Of a stretch of 64,000 bases of DNA, positions 54,401-64,000 are shown in pieces. The position numbers were made by a program, and so were the translations under genes. The stretch comes from Macrostomum hystrix (taxonomy: Eukaryota; Animalia; Platyhelminthes): contig CATNEN010000033.1 in the NCBI GenBank assembly GCA_950097015.1, forward strand, positions 1,612,001 to 1,676,000, written 5' to 3'. Under the pieces are notes generated by a model, which was not told where the DNA came from, did not search any database, and was given only the letters and a program-made list of their open reading frames with translations. Positions within the stretch are counted from its first letter, which is position 1. Each line of letters starts with the position of its first letter.

Positions 54401-55634
54401 CTCATCAGCCACTGCCCTCACCCAGCCTGCCTGTCTCATCAGCCACTGCCCTCACCCAGCCTGCCTGTCTCATCAGCCACTGCCCTCACCCAGCCTGCCT
54501 GTCTCATCAGCCACTGCCCTCACCCAGCCTGCCTGTCTCATCAGCCACTGCCCTCACCCAGCCAGCCTGTCTCATCAGCCACTGCCCTCACCCAGCCTGT
54601 CTGCTGGCATAATAGACATGCAAACACGCAACAATATCTGAGACCACGCAAGACAACGGATTTGATTAACAATTCTAGGAAACACCTTTCATACGGACAG
54701 TGAGCATTTGGCAATTGTGAAAGCCGACATTCCAAAAGGTGCAAATCAAATAAGCAAATAGGCAATTACCGCGCATCTGAGTGAAGGCTGCCAGCCTGGG
54801 TCGGACTTTATCAACTGGGACTTTCTATTGCCCTGCAATGTGTGCAATGAGTCGTTAGGAGACAAGGTCAGTCTGCTGCTATTAGAGACTTGCTACAACT
54901 AGCACATATAGAAGGACATCAAGCAGTCAAAAAGGTAAGAAACTAATTAACAATATAGTCAGCCACAGAATGGTGAATCGTTGAAAGAAACTACAGGCCT
55001 AAACTTGGATTTCGTTAAATATTCCGCTTTAAAAAAACTGGCCAAGATTGCGCTACAAGGAAGGCTGTTTACAAGGAAGGAGGTCCAGTGTTCAAATCTC
55101 AACCATATAGGAAAAATTTCTCTAATTGAGCAACACAGTTAATTACCCATTTCATCAGACCACCCAGCTGAAAAATATGTAGCAACAGCGCTAGGGTATG
55201 GCGCCCTCTCCCAGTCCATGGACTGAACAGCTGCTATCCAGATTCAGGCTCTCCGCCCAGCAGACACTCACCTCAGGGCCGCGCGGACTCTTGAAGGAAT
55301 TCTCGAGCTGGCGCAGAAAGCCGCTATCCATGGAGGCGCCGCTGCCAACGGTCTGGTGCAGGCTGACCCGCTTGGACACTGGCGGCTGCTTGGAGCCGTC
55401 CGGCTGCTGCTTCCTTGGAGCCGGCCTCGGCCGGGGCGGCTGCGGGCCCACGCCGTCCTCGCCAGCTGGTGAATCGTCGGGACCGCCGTCATCCAGATCG
55501 ATGGCAACAACGCCAGCTACTGGAGCTTTGCGCTCCTCGAATATGTGCGTCAGGCGGCCGACGGAGCCGGCCGGAGCTGCCGACGGTCGGGCTCGAGGAG
55601 TCGGCGTGGACTTCTCAGCTGCCGGGGTGGACAT
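51427..55634 (-). CDS. PH + RhoGAP protein of the ARHGAP9/12/15/27 type; complement(join(51427..51741,52035..52536,52957..53330,53574..53897,55272..55634)), 625 aa; N-terminus uncertain
   Basis: Family signature RLNDFFRRRPALDELERKGIVRNEPVFG; GAP motifs GLETEGVYRLGG, SALKTFLRELREPL and NQMSSQNVALMMGPNL; PH start YHLVLTGPDLLFYR; degenerate WW-like LPPGLPGW. Splice phases 0,0,2,0 are consistent. Confidence 0.85.
51760..52012. repeat. 30-nt tandem repeat (TCAGGATTGATTCAGGCTGGTTGGAGTGAG) filling the last RhoGAP intron
   Basis: Direct periodicity. Confidence 0.93.
52598..52810. repeat. 23-nt tandem repeat (CCCCACTCCCACATTGCACCCTA) in a RhoGAP intron
   Basis: Direct periodicity. Confidence 0.92.
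53397..53567. repeat. 33-nt tandem repeat (GCAGTGAAGGGAGGGCCAGATTGCCCAGGTGCT) in a RhoGAP intron
   Basis: About 5 copies. Confidence 0.93.
54337..54600. repeat. 34-nt tandem repeat (CAGCCACTGCCCTCACCCAGCCTGCCTGTCTCAT) in a RhoGAP intron
   Basis: About 8 copies. Confidence 0.93.
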
Positions 55635-56207
55635 CTGGCCAGACTTTTCGGGAGGCTATTTCAGACACGGGTCAATGCGAATGCCTGACAACGAGTGAAT
55701 GGCGCAGCAGGAGAGGAGCCTCTCGTCCTTCCGTTTAAATAAAAGAGCAGCTCGGCAGGAAGATTGTAGAAAACAGGAAACTGGCTTAGCAACCAGCGAA
55801 AACAACTGCAGCTGGGGAGGCTGGCATGCTCAAATGGGGGGCTGGAAATTGTACACTCGAGCCATTGAGTACTTGTTTATGCACCTGCCATAGACACAAG
55901 TGGCTACTTGGAGACTGCAGTCTCACAAGAATGTTTTTATTGAATCCTAAATTAACAAAAAAGGCACTTCAGATTTGGCCGGCGACTGGAGAGTTTTAAG
56001 TAATATCAAGTTTTAATTAAGGGGCATTCATAATAAGGTATACATCTTTAAGGTAAAAAAAACATTTTAAATTATATACATTTGAATTAACTTTCTATTT
56101 TCAGAATGTGTTTTATATGCCAAAAATTATAATTGCAAAACTGATACCTTAAAAAATACTTCAAAAAAGACAGACAAGGATCTAAGGATATAATAAGTTG
56201 TTGTTTG

Positions 56208-56490
56208 AAAACTTTATATTTTATTATACTTATTACCCTATATTGCTAATTCATATCATTAATCTCTAAATACATACAATTTTACTTATTTTGCACAGTT
56301 AAAAACTTTATATTTTATTATACTTATTACCCTATATTGCTAATTCATATCATTAATCTCTAAATACATACAATTTTACTTATTTTGCACAGTTAAAAAC
56401 TTTATATTTTATTATACTTATTACCCTATATTGCAAATTCATATCATTAATCTCTAAATACATACAATTTTACTTATATTGCACAGTTAA
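56208..56490. repeat. 94-nt AT-rich unit, 3 tandem copies
   Basis: ACTTTATATT recurs at 56211, 56305 and 56399. Confidence 0.92.
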
Positions 56491-59400
56491 GTGATACATT
56501 TTCCACAAAATTGTATTAACTTGCACTATTTTATTCTTAAAATTTGTGATATGCCTATGTAATATGATATATTGTATTGTATATTCTGATATTTAAGTAT
56601 TAAAATGTTTTGGCACTAGCACACCAGGCACCAAAACTATGACCACTGAAAAGGTTAATGTCTATCTATACACATTTAGAGACTTAGCATATAGCCATAC
56701 TATATTGACAAGTGCTAGTCACTTCATCATATACTATATTGTCATGTTCGATTATGAACTGACCAATTTAGATGGATGCCCTGAAATGAAATGAAATGAA
56801 ATGAGCTTAGTTAGTTATAATCTGCTTATGTACATATAACCATTGCAACTGCATAAGTTTATCATGCTACACCCCATGAATAACTGTTTATTTGGCTTTA
56901 GCCATTTTGCTAACTATGTGTAATATACATTCTGAACATGTTAAATAAGATTGGTAAGGGTACTACTCTGAACAATGAGTACCTGCAGCCTTTTAAGCTA
57001 CTATAGACATTTATTCATGCTACATTAGTGTAGAAATGTTGTGTTGTGTTGTAATAAACTAAAACAAACAAGATAGTTGCTAGACCTAGTATGTGTGAAA
57101 CAGTTATTTATTTACTTGTTATATATTTCTATGATTTATAAATATAGAAGAATTCAATTTCAGCAAAAAATAATTTGATGAATGATTCTATAGGATTGCA
57201 ACTCTGGCCTATTGGTAGTAACTCATTTTTTGCAGGGCTTTCATTACTATATGTTAAAGTGACCAAAGGTAAAATATTTAGGCAAAATTTAATTTTACAA
57301 AAAATTATATGAGAGTGACTAGGCCTATTTATATACATATTGACATATATGGCCCATATAAGACTGTGTTAAGTTCTGCTTTTATCAACTTTTTGGCAAT
57401 GAGCAGATTAGTGACACTAATAGCTCGTACTATAGTCTCTAACTAATTGCAAGCCATTTTTGTTCAAATCCTATGCAAGGACTCCATTGGGCTCAAAAAG
57501 TTAGAAATCGTACACAAAAGCTGATGACCATAGTAATTTTGTTGTAGTCAACATTTTCTACTGACCAATAACATAATTTGTTAACATGTAACTTAGCAGA
57601 GACAGAAACAGAAACATTCCTAGCTAGACTCTAGTATGCAAGGTATTTAAATGTAGAACAGAACAATTGGTTCAAGTTTAAATATAATTTTTTAAATAAT
57701 AAAAAACTTAGGTTTTCCCATCGTTTAAATACATCACCCACAGACCCATGGCACTGGCTTTTTTTACTTACATATGGATAAAGGGTCATGGTTGCGATTT
57801 TCGAAAAAGCTGAAATTTGGCAGCTTATGAATTCAAATGCATTTCCTATACCTTCCTTTATTTATTACTTAAGCAAAATTTAATCACCTCGAATATGTAA
57901 CCCTTCGGAATCTACACCTTGCGTTTCAACACAAATCCTATGTCAACTTAATTCAATATAAGTCTATCTCCACTGCTCTCAAAGTATATACAGTTATAAA
58001 TTTGCGAAAGAGCATAAGTTAAACCATACTAGAAAGCCATTTAGTGTTTTTAACAAACTAGATTTAGTGACGTGCCATGTTAAGTATTATTAAAGTTTTA
58101 CTTTGACTATTATTGGACATTTTCCGTTTTTTTCTGTATTTTTAATTGAATTAGGGAAATATATCATTGTAAATATCATTCTCTCTTCGTGATTCCTTTC
58201 GTCTACTTTTTTTATGACTGATAAGAAGTTCATGATTTAAGTCATTGTGAAAACACTTTCTATAAAAATATCTTATTGAAATTTTAGACCTAGTTATATC
58301 GAAAATGTGCCGGGAGTATGATCATTATTATGTTGGAATTGTGCTGGAAATCTGCAGACAATTGCTCAAGAATCTTTAGGGCCCAATTAATAATGACACC
58401 GACATCCTTTACTTCGAAGTAACACAAATCAATGGCGCTAGTCAGAGCTACAGGGGCGACAGTCTCAACTGTAGGGGCGACAGTCTCTGCTCCAGGGGCG
58501 CCGGTCTCTCAACTGCAGGTGCATGGGCACAAATTTATGCAGAATAATTTTTCCAGCGCTGGAGCCAGAAAGATACTGATTAATTTTGACATACCGCGAA
58601 GCACTTTGCTCGAGTAGCCCCACGGGGTACATCTCTGTTCCCCCCGTAGCTGCCCCCAATTGCTTTAGACAATAGAGTCTGAAGCGTGAAGTTATAATTT
58701 CAAAGTACGCTAACAATAGTATATACTAATTGTTCGTCGTTCAGAATATTATTTCTTATTGAAGCAATTCTACATACTATCAATTCTCACCACTTAGCTA
58801 CTCTGGGATTTGGAAACTGACAGTTTTACCTGTCACTCAACTCTTGCTTGGTTTATGCGTAAAAATATGCATGCATGTGGTCCAAGAACTGCAAGCATGC
58901 AGTCGGCAGCTAAAGCCCAAAAATCCGAGACCATACTTCGTATATAAGCTATAAGCGACTGCAAGCCCCCAAAGTGTGACTTGTGGCAGCCTCAGCATGA
59001 CTGAATTCAATACAATTAGAACTGCAGCCAGGGGGCGGGAAATACAATTAATGTGTCAGATTTGACTGACCGATAGCTATGTATATGTGATGTGCAACGT
59101 AAATATGTTATATGGCGAGAAATTAAGTTTTGAAGCATTGAGCAACTGCTATTCTGCATTTTCAAAGAAAGCGTCCATTATTTTATTGAATTGCTTTGTA
59201 TACCTAGATACCCTAATTTTACATGTGTAGTTCGATGAAATGGAATTATACTATGCGTCAGTTTTACAGTGGGAAAATAGAAAGAATTTGCTTAAACGTT
59301 TTTAACGAAATAAAACGAGCGTACAAGAAAAGTATAATAGATTAGTTTATTGAGTCAGCGGGGTTGCCTTGTAAATTTAATTATCACAACTTTTTTAGAA

Positions 59401-59918
59401 GCGAGAAAGATAAGGAAAGAAACAATATCCAAGTATAAACTGGTCCGCAGAAGCAATTGTTCTGCACCTAACAATTATGAGACCAAGATTTCACTCGACC
59501 GCCCCCCATGGGGAAAGGTGAAAGCGAAAGTGTGTAGCGAGGACAGTCTGCCATGCCAGCTGTTGCTGAGGCGGGGAAGGACGCCACTGCCTGGGGAGGG
59601 ACAAAGGCAAGCGCCTTTATAACCATTTTTCTCTTGCTTCACTCTGCCTCCTGCAGACGTCCTTCTGCATATAAGCACTGCAGGGCGAGCCAACCCACGC
59701 AACGAGGATAAGAGGGAGGGAGGGAGGGGAGTCGCAGAGGCGAGAAGAGAACCCAGGCGCGCCTATTTGGAAGCATATATCCAAGTCCCGGCCAGTCCGT
59801 CACCCACCCGCCAGGGACGGAGGCCCCGAAGAACTCCTGCTGTGCTGGCAACATGGCGGAGATGCTCTGAGCAAATTGAGCAAATTTGTGAAAAGGAATC
59901 GGCGGTCATTCCCAGCGA

Positions 59919-60506
59919 ATGGAGCGTCCAAGAGACTCGGCAGCAGAATCAGCCGCAGCCGCAAGCAGCAGCAGCAGAACGCCAGTCCTGACCCCCATGG
60001 AGGCGCTGGCGGTGCTGGAGAGGCGAGTCTCCGGCAGCGCCCAGCTGCACGACGCCTACGCCAACCCGTGCTCCATCAGACAGCGGATTCGCCAGCTGGC
60101 CAGGTGCCAGAGCCGCGGCCAATACGAGGCCTGGGAGCGGGACGGTCTCGCACAGGAAGCCGGCAGCGGCAGCCAGGCAACAGAGCAGCCGCCGGCTGTT
60201 GTTGTTGTCATGGCAACCTCATTGACACCGACTGGGACGAGTCCGGACGACAAGAGCGACGCAGCTTCTAGCATTGCAACCGGCGTCGGCGCCTTGACTG
60301 AGCAGATGCAGCAGCAGCAGCAACTTCAAAAACTCAACAGCGGGAGCAGCATCAGCAGCAGCAGGCAGAGGTTGGTGAGACCCGCAACGCGGACTTTTTG
60401 CATCCCACTGCTTAGGGATCAACCTCAGCAGCAGCAGCAGCAACAGCAACAGCAGCCGCATCAACAGCAACAGCAGCAGGGAATAGGATGGTCCAACGGG
60501 TTCTAG
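59919..60506 (+). CDS. Uncharacterised 195-aa protein with a C-terminal polyQ tract
   Basis: GC-rich ATG-initiated ORF in an AT-rich background. One ordered-looking segment (PMEALAVLERRV...YANPCSIRQRIRQLARCQ) is followed by low-complexity S/A/Q. No family recognised. Confidence 0.5.
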   Translation: MERPRDSAAESAAAASSSSRTPVLTPMEALAVLERRVSGSAQLHDAYANPCSIRQRIRQLARCQSRGQYEAWERDGLAQEAGSGSQATEQPPAVVVVMATSLTPTGTSPDDKSDAASSIATGVGALTEQMQQQQQLQKLNSGSSISSSRQRLVRPATRTFCIPLLRDQPQQQQQQQQQQPHQQQQQQGIGWSNGF

Positions 60507-61010
60507 CTGTTTATAAACTTGCAGTTTAATGCTGTGGTGTGTCTTATACTCTCACAGCTGTCTCCAGATTGACAATCAAAGAATCAAGGGCCAGGTCTTG
60601 CACTTTTACTTAAAACATATTTGATGCTTGCAGTTTTCATTTAAGTTCAAGATGAAATGAATAGCGTGTTTTGTTTGCCTTTTTAGTGAGATATTAAGTT
60701 TTAGCATTGCGTACCTGAAAACTCCGCAATGTTTTATTTTGAATTCAAATTATACAATATAATATCAAACCCGCGTGTACTTTTGTCGGGCACAGTCGAT
60801 TCAAATAAAAAAGATTTACGAGTAGTAAAACTTTCAGATCTGTCGGATCTGTACAAGCAAGAAGGTGTCAGAAGGTGCTGACTCTGGCAGTCTGTCAGTC
60901 TGCGTTGACCCCAGCTGACGTGTCCACAAAATCTGAAAAGAAATTTAATTCATGCTTTACAAGATTGATTCCTCTTTTAATAGCGAAAGCTCGTATGCTG
61001 TGTGACAGTA

Positions 61011-63159
61011 TCACAGACCTTCCTCTGGGGGACAGTCAGAGTCTGCAGTCTTGGCCGCGCCTCCGCTGTCGCTGCACAGTTCGGAAATGACATTCTCCTT
61101 GACCAGGTAGTGCAGAAGGCATTTGTACACGAATGCCAGCTGATTCTGAGAATGAAAAGCGTGGTTTACTGAGCTTCATGCGCGCATCTGGCTACTCATA
61201 CGGAGTAGCAGTAGCGGAGTAGCATGATGAGTACCAATGAAGACCGATTTTGCAGCGAAGCAACAGAGTGAGCCGCTTAACTGAGTTTAAAAATTATGGC
61301 CCACTCACAGCCAAACAGGGGCTGGAGATCGCTTAGAGAGGGTTTTCCAGGTCAGCTTGGGGACAGTTGGAATGTGAAAGCCAAACTAGGCACCAGCGGC
61401 CTCACCATGGAATAAAAGCTGAGGGGCGATAATTGCTTGACATTGGCTGCCGCCTCCAGAGGCCGGAGGTCCTGGGCCAAAATGTGAAAGCCCTGGAACT
61501 TTAATTATCGTCAAATGGGGATCTTCATCTCGGTATTCCCAGTGGTGTGACATCAAGCACTGCCCTACCCGCCATCAAAGTGCCACTCAATGTGGTTAAA
61601 TACTTTAAACAGTGCACGATGGCGCTAGCATACAATGCAGTGCAGTGTGCTGCACGAGAGAATCGGATCAACTGTCTATGGCTAGAATCCATCGAGGCAG
61701 ATAATCGGATCAACTGTCTATGGCTAGAATCCATCGAGGCAGGTAATCGGATCAACTGTCTATGGCTAGAATCCATCGAGGCAGATAATCGGATCAACTG
61801 TCTATGGCTAGAATCCATCGAGGCAGATAATCGGATCAACTGTCTATGGCTAGAATCCATCGAGGCAGATAATCGGATCAACTGTCTATGGCTAGAATCC
61901 ATCGAGGCAGATAATCGGATCAACTGTCTATGGCTAGAATCCATCGAGGCAGGTAATCGGATCAACTGTCTATGGCTAGAATCGATCGAGGCAGATAATT
62001 GGATCAACTGTCTATGGCTAGAATCCATCGAGACAGATAATCGGATCAACTATCTATGGCTAGAATCCATCGAGGCAGATAATCGGATCAACTGTCTATG
62101 GCTAGAATCCATCGAGGCAGGTAATCGGATCAACTGTCTATGGCTAGAATCCATCGAGGCAGATAATCGGATACATTATAAAAAACCCACCCTGCTGTGC
62201 ACCATGCCGGGGCGGCTGAGCCGCAAGGCGATGACTGCTGCGGGCACGTCGACCTGCTGGCTGGCGCGAACCGATTCGGCGCTGAAGGACAGAAGGCAAA
62301 GTAGGACGCCGGTGCGGCCGACGCCGCTGTCGCAGTGCACCAAGGTCGGGCAGTCCGGTCGGGCGGAGTCGCTAACCTCGGCAGCGAAGGCGCAGAAGTC
62401 CGCTGGTTCCAGGCCCGACCAGTCGCCGGTCATGGGGAGGCCCAAGTACTGCAGGTGTCTGAGGCGACGCGTCTCAGAAGAGCCTGCAGAGGACAAAGTT
62501 AGCTCCCGACGAATCAGTTGGCCGCCGTCAAGCGCTTCCTCCGTCTCCATGGCAACAGAGTACTGCCCGTAGCAAACTGTGGAGCCAATGTGCTCTGGCC
62601 AGTACTTGGCGCAGGCACTGCGACCCTGCTCGACGCAGTTGGTAACCATGGCAACGAGTCTAACGCCGGTCTCCCAGATCATCTGCCAGTGCTGTACGAG
62701 GGTCTCCGGCAGGGGTCCCTGACTGGCGATGAACTGTCGATTGGCCAGACGCAGCGGGCTCGCGTTAATATAGTCGGAGGGCGCTCGTGTCAGCCGCATC
62801 AGCGTGTCATCGCAGCCACCTCCCTCAGCGCTATCTGAGTCTCCATCATCGAGAGCGTCAGCGTCGTCGTCGGCAGACTTGGCGCTCTTTGGCACGGAGA
62901 GTGTAACCCGGTTGGAGTCGTACGGCAGCACATTTGTGTAGCGGTTCTTCAGCGTGTTGCGCAGGCTCTGGCCGCACTCGACGCTGAAAATAAGCCGCTC
63001 GCAGTTCGACCCGATGAGGTTGAGCCGCTCCAGCTGCTTGTCCAGCTCCTCTTCGCCTTCCTTGGTCTGCAGCAGCCGGTTAGCGTGAATGGCGAAGCCG
63101 CTCAGCCGGATGGAGGTTCGACTGCGGATGATTCGGAGGCTGTTGGCTTTTAGCGGCTC
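61011..63159 (-). CDS. Protein tyrosine phosphatase domain protein, 3' exons complement(join(61011..61145,62191..63159)); upstream exons outside the window; closest recalled resemblance is the non-receptor PTPN14/21 or PTPN3/4 type
   Basis: KNRYTNVLPYD..RV.L, DYINAS, FIASQGPL, WQMIWE, AMVT, KYWP and HCDSGVGRTG. The last exon (not in the ORF track) reads NQLAFVYKCLLHYL and joins in phase 0. Confidence 0.88.
61661..62172. repeat. 42-nt tandem repeat (AATCGGATCAACTGTCTATGGCTAGAATCCATCGAGGCAGAT) in the last PTP intron
   Basis: About 12 copies. Confidence 0.95.
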
Positions 63160-63162
63160 CTG

Positions 63163-64000
63163 CTCTAGTGGAACTTATCTCCTGGTCTAGTGGAGTTTAT
63201 CTCCTGGTCTAGCGGAGTTATCTCCTGGTCTAGTGGAGCTTATCTCCTGGTCTAGTGGAGTTTATCTCCTGGTCTAGTGGAGTTTATCTCCTGGTCTAGT
63301 GGAGTTTATCTCCTGGTCTAGTGGAGCTTATCTCCTGGTCTAGTGGAGCTTATCTCCTGGTCTAGTGGAGCTTATCTCCTGGTCTAGTGGAGCTTATCTC
63401 CTGGTCTAGTGGAGCTTATCTCCTGGTCTAGCGGAGCTTAGATGGTGGTCTAGTGGAGCTTATCTCCTGGTCTAGTGGAGCTTATCTCCTGGTCTAGTGG
63501 AGTTTATCTCCTGGTCTAGCGGAGCTTATCTCCTGGTCTAGTGGAGCTTATCTCCTGGTCTAGTGGAGCTTATCTCCTGGTCTAGTGGAGTTTATCTCCT
63601 GGTCTAGCGGAGCTTATCTCCTGGTCTAGTGGAGCTTATATCCTGGTCTAGTGGAGCTTAGATGGTGGTCTAGTGGAGCTTATCTCCTGGTCTAGTGGAG
63701 CTTATCTCCTGGTCTAGTGGAGCTTAGATGGTGGTCTAGTGGAGCTTATCTCCTGGTCTAGCGAAGCTTATCTACTGGTCTAGTGGAGCTTAGATGGTGG
63801 TCTAGTGGAGCTTATCTCCTGGTCTAGTGGAGCTTATCTCCTGGTCTAGTGGAGCTTATCTCCTGGTCTAGTGGAGCTTAGATGGTGGTCTAGTGGAGCT
63901 TATCTCCTGGTCTAGCGAAGCTTATCTCCTGGTCTAGTGGAGCTTATCTCCTGGTCTAGTGGAGCTTATCTCCTGGTCTAGTGGAGCTTATCTCCTGGTC
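63163..64000. repeat. 22-nt minisatellite (TAGTGGAGCTTATCTCCTGGTC) in the PTP intron, running off the window
   Basis: Direct periodicity. Confidence 0.96.

Noticed and set aside
58430-58660. GC-rich patch with short GGGGCGACAGTCTC repeats as a MITE
   Set aside because: No clear terminal inverted repeats or TSD could be delimited.

Overview
Eukaryotic (animal) genomic DNA with GC-rich exons and GT-AG introns. Most long introns carry their own private minisatellite; this style is reminiscent of the flatworm Macrostomum, but the species cannot be proven from sequence. Gene models were built by hand from splice sites and reading phase: 3' part of GTF3C3 (+); a secreted WSC + PAN/apple protein (-); a complete 2-oxoglutarate dehydrogenase E1 (OGDH, +) with two alternative phase-1 micro-exons; two tandem otopetrin-family proton channel genes (+); LRR1 (-); an ARHGAP9/12/15/27-type PH-RhoGAP (-); an orphan polyQ ORF (+); and the 3' part of a PTP-domain gene with degenerate catalytic loops (-). 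The most striking structure is a 4.15-kb DNA transposon (29121-33271) with 148-bp near-perfect TIRs starting with CACAGTG, the V(D)J RSS heptamer. It encodes an uninterrupted RAG1/Transib/Chapaev-type DDE transposase, splits the first otopetrin gene, and itself hosts an ABAB tetramer of a non-autonomous Helitron. Most long ORFs in the supplied track are translations of tandem repeats or antisense shadows of real exons. Family assignments come from recalled motifs, not database searches.
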